A stretch of 64,000 bases of DNA from the human T2T-CHM13v2.0 reference genome, Homo sapiens, in assembly GCF_009914755.1 (NCBI RefSeq), contig NC_060935.1; one strand, written 5' to 3'. The translations under genes and the position numbers were made by a program. The notes under the pieces were generated by a model. The model was not told the DNA's origin. It searched no databases and saw nothing but the letters and a program-made list of their open reading frames with translations. This document shows positions 46,835-59,058 of this stretch, piece after piece. Position 1 is the stretch's first letter. Every line of letters starts with the position of its first letter.

Positions 46835-49411
46835 CTAAATGAAGCTTAAACCATATGTGGGCACACAGTTGGGAATCAATCTATGAAATCGACAGATTAA
46901 GGACAATGAATTTAAACCATAGTTCCTGAAGATATGAGTGGAAACAGTTGACATTAGAAGGTAGTATAGCATGATGGTTAAGATGGAAAGCTTTGAAATA
47001 AGACTTATTTCAAAATTTTGAGTACCATTTCTGAAATAGGCTTGAGTACCATTTCTGCAACTTGCTAACTTTTAGACAGCGAAGTTATTAAAAAATCTCT
47101 CTGAACTTCAATTTCCTCAGCTGTGAAATAATAGGTAATAATACTTAACTCATAAGGTTGATTAAGACAATGCGTTTGAAAGATATAGTTTCTGAAGCAT
47201 ATTATGTGTTCATCAAATGTTAAGTTACTTATGCGTAGAAGGTAGATGGCTCCAGATATGACTTGAATCGGAAGGGTTCTTAGGAGGAGTTCCTGTGTAA
47301 GAGGAGGGATGTAGGAATGGCCAGGAGAGTAATGAGACCTCTTAGGAAGAGGATATATTGAAAACAGAGAACAATGGGATGACTCTTTCTGCTCTCCTAA
47401 TCCAGCTCTGACATTCAGGGAGCCTTCCTGGCTGAGATTCCTTAGCCTAAGGCTGGGTAAAGAGGAATGGTTATAGTTATTTGACCCAGGCAGGCAGTCT
47501 TAGCAGATATCTATTACTGTCTGCCTCCAGGGCTAGGGCTCTTCTCCCAGCCCTTGATGGATGGGATTTGCTTGGGCCTGGGAGCAGGGTTTGGGGGTAA
47601 GTCTCGGAGATGTGTCTGAGTTGCTGATGGGTTCCATCACTCACTCCAACCAGAATGCTTACTAATCAAGAATGCTCCCCATTGCCTGGGGACTCTACTA
47701 GGCTGCCTATAAAGCCCTCGCTTTTGGAAGCTGGTTTAGTCCCTGCTCTGTTATGGGACTGAAGAGAAGTTGGTGGTGTTTCCTGCTGATGTGACCAGGT
47801 AAGACGGGAGTGCAAACGTGGAGAAAAAAACTGAAGTGGGGCAGGGGGAGTTTTTTAAAAATGAGGGATGGTAAGATAAGGAGAGGAAGAAGATAAAGCA
47901 ATAAATTGATGGGAACTACAAGTAAGATGGGATGAAGAAAGGGAGGGGTGTAACAGATACTGGAAGAAATTGAGATGGGAGAGAGAAGACAGGAGGAGAA
48001 AGAAGAGAAAAAGGCAAAAGACGATAGGACTCAAAACTCCCTTTCTGTGGCCATAATTGTTTGGTAATCAATCAATGTTGCTAAATGAAGATTTCTGTTT
48101 TTCCTGATCCTGCTTTAGTAACTAGCATTGAGAGATTAAAAACGTGCATTCCCAAACTTTCAAGAATCTCAAACTTCTGGCAGAAGAACACAGTACTTGG
48201 ATATATAAATTACCAATATCAGTTGTGCCTCATTATTAAGCACCAAGGGAAAGGTCCAAGCAAAATGTGGGGCAAAGATTGAAGCAGAGGGTAGTTTTAG
48301 CTTAATATGTCAGGGAACTTTCAGGGTATATTCTGAATTGTGGAGGAAATATAATTCAGTGTTAACAAATTAACAGAAGGTAGGGGTTGGTAAATGAAGA
48401 GGATGGGTCTGTAACATTACTGATGCCAGAAAATAGGGATGTTGACCTTTGGGTCACTCTGTTATTGAGTTGAGTGAGTGTTATTCAAATAATTTCACCT
48501 GGTCTTCTGTATATGAATGGGCAGATGCTACCTTCTTCCTGGCCAGTCAGATGGAGACTTGTACCTGAAGAGAGAAAGCACTAATATATTGCTCTGGTTA
48601 GCCAGCAATGTTGAGAAAACCTTGATAAATTTAGGCACTGAACTTTGACCTACCACTGGCTCCAGAGTGTATGACCTCACAGAGAGAAAGCCCTCTGCTT
48701 CTTCTTCTGTCTCCATTCCACAGGAAAGATTTCCCCAGCAGCAAACGGAACCACTGTCTCCTCTCCTCTTACCGCCTTGCATTATCCAGTGTCATTTCTT
48801 TGCCTTTATGAGATATCATTCCAAGAACAGAGGATAACTGATATCTGCTTTATAAGCATCTCATCGCTCAGTTACTTTTGCACCCCCAAATGCCCTCTGC
48901 ATTCATCTGCACGTGAAGACAAAAACAATACAAACATATGTAGACTTTTATACATAATTTTAAAAACACTTGGACTCCACAAACATTCTTCTTTAGATGA
49001 GTCATGAGAACATAGTTCTCTATTTTGCTTATTTCTCATCTCTACCCCTCCTGTACATCATATACAAGTATAAAAGGATATTAAAAAATTGTATTTTAAA
49101 GGAAGGAAATTACAACATTCAGCTATCCAAATTGTCTCATTAGCCTGGCCTCTCTGATCATCTGAAGTTTAGTAAAAAATAATAGACTTTGGAGTTAGTA
49201 AATTTGGTTTTGAATTTGAATCTGTATTGAACTATTTTAGCCTAGATATACTATTTAACCTTCCTGGGTCCATTTCCTTTCTTTAAAACAGAAGAAAAAT
49301 AACTACCTTAAATTTAAAATTGTATATAAAATGACTAATAAAATGTATGCTATATATATAAAGAATCTTAATTATTTTTCTTTCCTCATAGTTCAGTGTC
49401 TTCAACCAACC

Positions 49412-50395
49412 ATGGCAATATTCAATAACACCACTTCGTCTTCCTCAAACTTCCTCCTCACTGCATTCCCTGGGCTGGAATGTGCTCATGTCTGGATCTC
49501 CATTCCAGTCTGCTGTCTCTACACCATTGCCCTCTTGGGAAACAGTATGATCTTTCTTGTCATCATTACTAAGCGGAGACTCCACAAACCCATGTATTAT
49601 TTCCTCTCCATGCTGGCAGCTGTTGATCTATGTCTGACCATTACGACCCTTCCCACTGTGCTTGGTGTTCTCTGGTTTCATGCCCGGGAGATCAGCTTTA
49701 AAGCTTGCTTCATTCAAATGTTCTTTGTGCATGCTTTCTCCTTGCTGGAGTCCTCGGTGCTGGTAGCCATGGCCTTTGACCGCTTCGTGGCTATCTGTAA
49801 CCCACTGAACTATGCTACTATCCTCACAGACAGGATGGTCCTGGTGATAGGGCTGGTCATCTGCATTAGACCAGCAGTTTTCTTACTTCCCCTTCTTGTA
49901 GCCATAAACACTGTGTCTTTTCATGGGGGTCACGAGCTTTCCCATCCATTTTGCTACCACCCAGAAGTGATCAAATACACATATTCCAAACCTTGGATCA
50001 GCAGTTTTTGGGGACTGTTTCTTCAGCTCTACCTGAATGGCACTGACGTATTGTTTATTCTTTTCTCCTATGTCCTGATCCTCCGTACTGTTCTGGGCAT
50101 TGTGGCCCGAAAGAAGCAACAAAAAGCTCTCAGCACTTGTGTCTGTCACATCTGTGCAGTCACTATTTTCTATGTGCCACTGATCAGCCTCTCTTTGGCA
50201 CACCGCCTCTTCCACTCCACCCCAAGGGTGCTCTGTAGCACTTTGGCCAATATTTATCTGCTCTTACCACCTGTGCTGAACCCTATCATTTACAGCTTGA
50301 AGACCAAGACAATCCGCCAGGCTATGTTCCAGCTGCTCCAATCCAAGGGTTCATGGGGTTTTAATGTGAGGGGTCTTAGGGGAAGATGGGATTGA
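49412..50395 (+). CDS. OR51T1: Olfactory receptor 51T1, intact; likely 327 aa from ATG 49412 (genomic ORF 354 aa from 49331)
   Basis: LHKPMYYFL, MAFDRFVAICNPLNY, KALSTC, PPVLNPIIYS; strong Kozak accATGG just after the acceptor tttttctttcctcatag (49391). Confidence 0.95.
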   Translation: MAIFNNTTSSSSNFLLTAFPGLECAHVWISIPVCCLYTIALLGNSMIFLVIITKRRLHKPMYYFLSMLAAVDLCLTITTLPTVLGVLWFHAREISFKACFIQMFFVHAFSLLESSVLVAMAFDRFVAICNPLNYATILTDRMVLVIGLVICIRPAVFLLPLLVAINTVSFHGGHELSHPFCYHPEVIKYTYSKPWISSFWGLFLQLYLNGTDVLFILFSYVLILRTVLGIVARKKQQKALSTCVCHICAVTIFYVPLISLSLAHRLFHSTPRVLCSTLANIYLLLPPVLNPIIYSLKTKTIRQAMFQLLQSKGSWGFNVRGLRGRWD

Positions 50396-51903
50396 AGGTA
50401 GGAAATTGTCAGGACACGAATTATGCTTTGGAAAGAAAGGGACTTGGGGCAGTCTTATCCACAGGTGTTTTGGTTGCTGAGTCAATTCCAATTGAATTTT
50501 AGGAGTGGGAAGAAGACAGTAATTTTCCCCTGAGCTTATCAAAGAGTTTTATTTTTAATTTTTAATACCATAATTTAAACCAAATTAATTGAGCATATGT
50601 CCCTGAACCATTTTAAACAATGACATGACTCCTGTGCATATAAAAGCAGACTAGTCACTTTAATATAGTGGAAAACTTTATCTCCTTTAAGACAGTAATT
50701 TTTAGACCAGAAGTAAATTAAAATTTTATTTTCACATCCAGCTGAACAATTTTTTTTTTCCCTGAGGTGATATTTCCAGTGAGGCAATGAAGGTTGTTAC
50801 TTGAGCTGGTAAAAGGAAAAGTTACATATGTGCACAAAGGCACACACGTAGAAAGTTATAATTAAAAACTTTAGGAAAATCTTGTACATTGGTTTCAGTT
50901 CCTGGTGTCACTTCTAGAGAGTGCTGTATCCTTACAAATATACTCCCTATACCTCTATCTTTCTTTAATCCCTTTTCTTCTTATAGAAGTGATATTTTTT
51001 CAGTTTTAGTTAGTACTTTATATACCTCCAATCCATCCAATATATAAAATTACACATTGACTTTCATTGTTTTCTCATTGCCTATATATTCTAATATAGT
51101 TCTAATCCTGATTCCATAGCTACTCCATTGCTAACTCTCAGAACTGCAGCTTTTTTCTATTTGCTCTTGTTTCTTGGGTTGTTAATTTTCTACCTAGCTA
51201 TTGACTGCTTCTACCTTCTGGTATACTCATCACTCTAGAATTGCACAGTAGCTTTGATGCTTTTGAATAGGAAATTTCTAGATTGCCTTTATTAACAATA
51301 TTTGTTTTGTGAAGAAGTAAACTCAGGCACAGGGTTGTTAGGGTGCTGGAGATAATTCTTCACATTTTTTTCCACAGTTTTGATAATTTCATCCTACCTA
51401 GGATAACTCATGTCTGAGCATTGTGGACCAAGCAGGTACTCTGATTTGAGCCACCTCTCTCCTCCCCTTATATAAACTTCCTGTTCCTTGGCAGATAGGG
51501 AACACCACTCCCAATCTGGTTTGTTGACCTCAGTTTTCTTTCAAGCTATGTTGTTCAGCTCAAGCACTGACAACTTTGTGATTTTGCTTCGCTTGGGCTC
51601 CAATCCCCTTTACCAACAATAATCACATATCATTTATAATTAAAAGTAATTGCATGAGTTTCCTTTCATGCATTATACTCAGGTAATTGAGATTACATAA
51701 GAGTGTGTGGCGGGACTCACACACTTTTTAGGTGAGGAAAAACAAGTGAATGACCGTCCTATAAAGTATGCAATTATAAGTAAAATTCGGTTTTTCAAAC
51801 TCCAAGTCCCTCATTGTAGCTAAAATGTTTCTTTGCCTTGTGCACTCAGCGGGAAGTCTTTGTATTCTATTATACCACAGTTCAGTATTTTACCTTTCAA
51901 GTT

Positions 51904-52036
51904 TTTGTTCTCATATTGCTGCCAAATAAATGTCTCTTTGGTTCTGTCCTCATCAAAAGGAAAAAAATACAACTATTATTCAAAAGTGCAAGAAGCCAAA
52001 GATATATCTAGTTTCTAGACATCTGACGCCATACAA
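51904..52036 (+). repeat. About 130-bp local duplication, copy 1 (copy 2 at 54086-54217)
   Basis: tttgttctcatattgctgccaaataaat...catctgac in both copies. Confidence 0.9.
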
Positions 52037-52834
52037 TTTCCCTTAGAGAGTATCATACTATGGCAGAGTCTCTGACCCTGAAATTAACTTGTGGCAGAGC
52101 AGACGTCCCAGAACACACACTAATCTAACCATCCAAACTTTTCTGCATCAGTTATTTCAGATGTCTCTGGCTTTACGATTGCTTCTTTTGAAGACTTTTC
52201 TAAAAGTTCACCTTGGCAGATCTACAATCCTCTATTTGCAATGGAGAAGTTTCCAAATATCTGGAAAAACAGTATTTTTTTTCTTTCTTAAGTTTGGTGT
52301 CATAATTTATTGGCTAAAAAGCCTAATAGAAACTTGTGTGAACATATTTTTGGATCATAATTTATTTATTTCACTCATTTCCCTTCAGAAATATTGCTGT
52401 GTTTGAATGCAGGGTAATACCTCAAGAGATATATGGCTCTTTAAAGTATAAAATGTAATTGAATTCCAGAGGTTTTAGATGAACAATTGTGAAAATGTGT
52501 GATATTTCTTCCAGTTTTATGGCAGTCATAAAGCAGTCTGCTGTGTGTATTAATCTTCTACTACTCAAAAATGTAGTTTTTATACCTGACTAAAAATGTA
52601 ATCTTTTCACTTAAAAAGAAAAAATTTCAACAATATACTCCACCCCTATGGTAATTGTCAATAGGCTACGAATTTGTGTTTTGTTATTTTATGCAATGTA
52701 TTTTATATATTTGGAGTTTTTCTGATTATGAGTGTCATATATATAATTAAAATGTGTGAATGTGTTGAGAAATAGAAAAAAAATTTAAAATCTAATACCA
52801 ATTATTTGCAATCCTATGGAGAGATTATATAATA

Positions 52835-53180
52835 TAGTCATATGCCCCACAATGACCTTTCAGTCAACAATGGGCCTCATATGCCACAGTAGTCCCATAA
52901 GACTATAATATTAGTATTTTTGCTGTGCCTTGTCTATGTTTAAACAAACACAAATACTTAACTGTATACAAAAACTAAAACTGTAGCATTGTGTTACAGT
53001 TACCTCAGTATTTAGTACAGTAAAATGCTGCACAGTTTTGTAGTCTAGGAGCAATAGGCTATATCATAGGTATGTAGTAGGCTATACCCTCTAGGTTTGT
53101 GTAAATACGCTATATGATAGTCACGCAATGATGCATTTCTCAGAAAAAAATCCCCCTTATTAAGCAACTCATGACTGCAT
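52835..53180. mobile_element. Tigger3-like DNA transposon derivative
   Basis: agtcatatgcc...gtcccataagactataata...ttaagcaactcatgactg termini. Confidence 0.7.
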
Positions 53181-54085
53181 ATAGCCTAATCTTTTTTTAA
53201 TAAACAAACACATGGGCATACATATGTATACATTTATAAATTAAGATAATAGTTTACATGCAAAGGTATGTCTTAAATATTTACCTGCTATTATTCATTA
53301 TTCTCTATTAAGTTACATTTTATATTAGGTTTTACTTCTAGGAAGCTTTGCTTTCATTATCCATCAAAATAGGCCTGTTGCCATTCCTTTACATATGCTT
53401 TCTTAGGTGTATGATTAAAATTACCATACTTTGCTAGTTTAATTACTTATTTACTTGTTTTCTTCACCACCTGAACTCCATGATAGTAGGCCTATGACTT
53501 ATGTAACAACCAACACAGGGTTTAGCAAACACCACTTAGTTGTTGATGCTGTGTTGCATTGGTAAATAACATGTCATCATCTTTGCATGTCATGGTTTTT
53601 GCTACTATTTCCTATTACTTAACACTTCCGTAACCCTTGATATATTTTCTTATAAATATATATTTGATTCTATCTCTGATTACCTTTATAGATTTCCAGA
53701 AATATAAATTATTAAATTTAGAAGGAGGCAAAATAACTGTTGGTCTCCTTGTGTTGGCCAACTGTAGTGGCTGAAGTTGTGGGCTCTGGAATCATACTGC
53801 CTGGGCTGAGATTTAAGCTCCTAACACTTTATTGCTCTATATTCTTAGAAAAGTCATTAAACTTCGTAAGTCTTTAACTTCCTAACCCAGAGAAGAAGAG
53901 GAAGTAATAAATTCTACCTTCCCAGGTTCTTGCAAAAGTAAATACTGTTAATTCCGGTAAACATATAGCCCAATGCCTAGTACCTGGTCAGCACCGGGTA
54001 CATTCTATTGTCATTATCTTCTAAATTTTGACCTCCAATGTTATTCAGATAACTAATTGTTTTTCAATAAATACATGTACTGCTG

Positions 54086-54217
54086 TTTGTTCTCATATTG
54101 CTGCCAAATAAATATATCTTTGGTTCCACCCTCATCAAAAGAAAAAAATACAACTATTACTCAAAAAGTGCAAGAATTCCAAGATATATTTAGTTTCTAT
54201 CATCTGACCCCAAACAA
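54086..54217 (+). repeat. About 130-bp local duplication, copy 2
   Basis: Matches 51904-52036. Confidence 0.9.
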
Positions 54218-56674
54218 GGATTAAGGTCAAAAGACTTTATTTTTGACAGACAGCCTGTTGGCAAACTCAGAATAAAACCACAACCTTAAGGATTATTTGT
54301 AAGAGACTTTGTAAACTTCCACAAGAATTCCAGGGTTGCTTTTTTCTTTTCACTTTTCCATTGTAGTTACATTGTAGTTATTTAATCAGAGAATTTTTCC
54401 CATCCATATGTGATTTGTTTGCTTATATTTCAGTAGATTTTAAAATTATCTTTGTACTTAATTCTTAATTTATTTTTTTGTGGGTGATAAAAATCATATG
54501 CACACAAATATGAAATATTGTATAGGTTTTCATTATTCCTCCCTGTATTATTTGACTATTCAATCAATTTTATATAATGTTCTGATATTTCTTGATTATA
54601 TGTTACATTTTCAGATCTTATATGATATATATTAGTGTGATTATTCTATTTTTTTGTTCTCATTGATTTGTTGAGTAAACTGCACAATTTTACAGCTGTT
54701 TAATAAATCTCACTATTATATTAAGCTTTATTATAGTTTGTAATGTATTTATTTTATTGTATGTTCTTCAGTTTACTCTTATATCTCTGTTTTTAGAATT
54801 ATTTTAGTAATCACAAAAGAAATGTTACTGGAAGTTTAATTACAAATACATTAAACCTGTTGGATAATTGAGAGAAACAAACAATATTTAGCCTACTGAC
54901 TCTTCTGATCCAGAAACATTTATTGACATTTTATGACTTGAGTCATTTCCATCAAGTACAGATTTGAATTTCTGAGTTGAGGAGAAAAACTAAAAACTTT
55001 GTTGTTTCTTTCATGAAAATATGTTTCCATTTTCTTGAACAGAACATGAACTGTTTTTCAGGACAGCTTCTTTGACTTGAAATTTATAGTTACTCCTTAC
55101 TTCTTTTGGCAATAGGTTTCCTAATATGTCAGATGTTTGATGTGCTTGTAATTTATCAACATATTCTGAGTTGTTAAAGACATTTTTGTTGTTGTTTTGG
55201 TTTGTTTTTCAAAGCAAGTTGGGAAATGTGTTAGTTAGACTACTAGTCAGATGCAATTTTTTATACACTGTACAAGTGCTAGAGACATGCCAATAAATTT
55301 CATTAATGCAATTCCTCTGAGGAAACAAAATACAAGTTAAGAGAAACAGACATGCAACTGATAATTATGACATAAATGGAGAATGTTTGAGGTCACAGAA
55401 AAAGACTTGAATAATGCAGTCTGGGAGGAGATAAGGAAGATTGTCCCTCCCTTCCCCATGAGGCTGTGGGGAATCTAGTCAGGATCAACTATCAGACAAT
55501 AAGGACTCACCTAAATTCACCTGGGAACACAGAATATATAAGAATATTTTGCCATATAAAATATGTAAGACTAGTTGAACCTTCTTCAAAATGGTTCTCT
55601 GAAACAGAAATAACAGTAATTACTTGTGAGCTCAACTTAGGCAGTAAAACATTGAAATATGTTAATAATAGTTTTCTAATAATTCATAGCAGAAAATTGT
55701 TAAGGTCTGACTTATTCTAAATTTTATGTTTTATACCTTTGTCTACTACTAAGTACTCACAAGTAAAAGATAGACAAGAAACAAATGATTTTTACAGAAA
55801 AAATTTGAGGTAACCAAACATCTTTAGTTGGCTATTTTCTTTTAAAAATATGAAACTATAACAATGCATATTGTGTTATATTGAATACTATATTGTTATT
55901 TTATGCTAGTTTAACATTATTTCTAAGCTTCTAGTGAAATCGAAACACTAGATAGTAATTTAAAATATCAAATGCCTAAACAACCATTAAGAACCATTAT
56001 TTTAGAACATATATTTTAGAACAGCTAATCAAGAATATCAGTGCTTTAAAAAATGCTGTATTTTGAAAAACTTTTTCCTATTTTTTACCAAAAGCACAAT
56101 CATCCTTCTGTTCTTTTAGTTGACCATGGCTTATGGAACTTTGCCGTAACATAGAAAAAAATTTGGTTTTTATTAAGGAATGTTATGAGATAGTTTATTG
56201 CCATAATTCAAGGCTGTGAAAATGATAAGGCAAAAGAATTCCTGGTTCTACTTATTTCATTGTTAAGGAAGGTGCAAAGGGAGAGGATTGCTAACCAACT
56301 CATAGCTGACAATAGACTTCTTTCACTTAAATGGGAAATCAACTATTCACACAAAATTTGACTGAATGCTCCTCAACAAGTACCATGTGTCTGAAAGTCA
56401 CCTGAAAGAAACCAGCAACTGGATTGGGGTGATATCCTTTAATCTTCAGCTCCTTGGTATTCCTTGTCTGCAAGGGAGTACAATCCCTGCTTTCATATGT
56501 ACTTGTCCTTGTCATATAAACTGTGTAACTAAAATGCTGTATCAGTGTGTTGAGTCATGATTTCCGTAACATTCTAAAACTGTCACATACACACTTATCA
56601 ACATACATGTCAGTCCTACACTCACAGGAGTAGGACACTCACTACACTTAAACAGCTTATATGCTGGACTGACT

Positions 56675-57000
56675 ATAGTCATCCCTTGTTATCCATAGGA
56701 AATTGCTTCCAGGACCCCAAGGATGCCAAAATCTGAGGACCTTCAATCTCATATAAAACGGCATAGTATATGCATCTTACCTACACACATCCTCCCATAT
56801 ACCTTAAAGTATCTCTAGAATATTTATAATACCAAATACAACAAAAATACTATGTAAATAGTTGTTATGCTGTATTGTTCAGGGAATAATAACAAAAAAT
56901 TATCTACATGTTCAGTACAGATGCAATCAATCACACTTTTTTTCTGAATATTTTTTATCCGTAGATGTGAAACCTATGGGTAAGAAAGGCCAACTGTGTA
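56675..57000. mobile_element. MER2 (Tigger-family MITE)
   Basis: agtcatcccttgttatcc...ttccaggaccccaaggatgccaaaatc...ggccaactgtg. Confidence 0.78.
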
Positions 57001-57085
57001 TGAATAATTAAGACAAATAATGGTAAATAATTGATAATACTTTGCTTAGGAAGATATTATTTTCTCTCCTGATCTTGTACCACGT

Positions 57086-58107
57086 TTACTGACACCGTTG
57101 TTGTAGACCCAGTTTTCCTAAAACTTTTTCATGAATTTGCTGTGTCTTCACACAATATACAATGGGATTCATAAGAGGTGGCACTAGCAAGAAAACATCA
57201 GCAATGAGGATCATGGCCAGTGGGGACCTGTGCTTGCCAAAGCAGTTCATGGATGCCAAAGCAGTGCATGGATGCCAAAGCAATGACGGGCGCATAGAAG
57301 ATAAGCACAGCACAGATATGGGAGACACAGGTGTTGAGGGCCTTGAGCCGCTCCCTATGGGATCCAATTCCCATGATCGTCTTCAGGATGAGCACATAAG
57401 ACACAGTAATGAACACACTTTCTGACATCATACAGAGGGCAAGAAAGAAACCATAGAAGAAGTTGACAGTGTTGTCGGAGCAGGCCAGCTTCCTGACATC
57501 CTGATGGAGACAATAGGAATGAGAGAGTAGGCTTTTCCTACAATATGTCAACCTTGTAAGAGTGAAAGGAAATGGGAGTACTAACAGCATGAGTTAGTTG
57601 TTTCTTTTAATGAGTTTAGTGTTGTTTCTCTTTTAATGAGAAACAACAGCCCCATTTTGGCAACTCTGGCACTGGTGAGGATACAGCTCACCAGTACCTC
57701 AGATATGTACCTCAGAGGGTGGCATATGGCCAAAACCGGTCAAAAGACATGACGAGAAGCACTGAGGACTCCATATCTGTGAATCCATGAATAAAGAATT
57801 CTTGAGCAAAGCGAGCATTTGAGGAGATTCCTGTGGCATTGAATACAAAGATCCTCAGCATAGTGGGTAGGTAGGAGAGGGACAGGCCCAGATCAGAGAC
57901 AGCCAACATGGAAAGGAAATAGTACATGGGTGCATGGAGTGAGGGCTCAGTCCTGATAACAAAGAGGATTGTGCAATTGCCTAGGATGGCTACCAAGTAC
58001 ATGAGGCAGATGGGGACAGATATCCATATATGGGCATGCTCCAGCCCTGGTATTCCAATCAGAAAGAAGGTGGTAATCGCAATTTCAGAAGAATTGGGAA
58101 GGTGCAT
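57086..58107 (-). pseudogene. OR51A6P: OR51A-subfamily pseudogene; probably OR51A6P
   Basis: Full OR in three frames: 1-bp deletion after DRF (about 57732), insertions of 18, 38 and 19 bp, and the conserved TM3 Cys changed to Arg (NARFAQ). Symbol is from remembered gene order. Confidence 0.82.
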
Positions 58108-58489
58108 GATGAGTCCATTGAAAAGTATTCTCAGGTCTGAAATGACACTCAGTATGGATCTCCTGTGTTCATTTCCCTCCTTTCAGCACGTTTGTCTATG
58201 AAATAAAGAAAATGGAATTGTGAAAGACTTATTTCAAGAAATAAAAGAGAGATATTACTTCTAAACAGACTGTAATAAAGTCAGATCTTGACTGACAAAG
58301 GGAACCAGAAATATGGGTACTTGCATACATCCCTGTTAAATCCTCAGAAGGCTTACCCACATAAAGAGCAGTAACTTTCAAACAAATTCCTCTTGTGTTA
58401 TTAGGCTTTACCTTACCCCATTTCAATGACAAATTGTATAGAGTCAGAATGGACTATAGGACCCCCTTCCCTGATCTGGAATGAACTCA

Positions 58490-58490
<1 letters not shown>

Positions 58491-58546
<56 letters not shown>
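58491..58546. repeat. (AAT)18 microsatellite
   Basis: Direct reading. Confidence 0.97.
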
Positions 58547-58548
<2 letters not shown>

Positions 58549-58659
58549 GTAAAAGGACTGGGAAACCCCAGGAAGTGGATACTAGTTTTGAAGAATGAAG
58601 AAAATTAGTGGTTTCTCCAATTTCTAGTCATTTGTTGCAAACATTTGTTCAGGCAAGGT

Positions 58660-59058
58660 GTGACAGGCTGTTCTCCCATTGCTATAAGAAATGCCTGAAG
58701 CTGGGTAATTTACAAAGAAAAGAGGTTTAATTGGATCGTGGTTCTGCAGGCTCTTCTAGCATGGCACTGCCATCTGGTTGGGCTCTGGGGAGGCCTCAGG
58801 GAGCTTTTATTCATGACAGAAGGTGAAGTAGAAACAGGCATGTCACATGGCAAAAACAAAGTGAGAGGGGGAAGGGAGGTACCATATACTTTTCAACCAT
58901 CAGATTTTGTGAGATCCCACTCACTATCAAGAGGACAGTACCAAGCCATGAGGGATCTGTCCCCATGACCTAAACACCTCCCACCAACCCCCATCTCCAA
59001 CATTGGGAATTTTATTTAAACATGAGATTTGGTTGGAACAAATATCCACACCATATCA
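58660..59058 (+). mobile_element. MST-type MaLR solo LTR
   Basis: cattgctataagaaatgcctgaagctgggtaatttac...catgagatttgg...ccatatca. Confidence 0.85.

Noticed and set aside
57235-57720. Short spaced repeats as a CRISPR-like array
   Set aside because: Mammalian DNA; the repeats are local duplications inside an OR pseudogene, with no repeat-spacer periodicity
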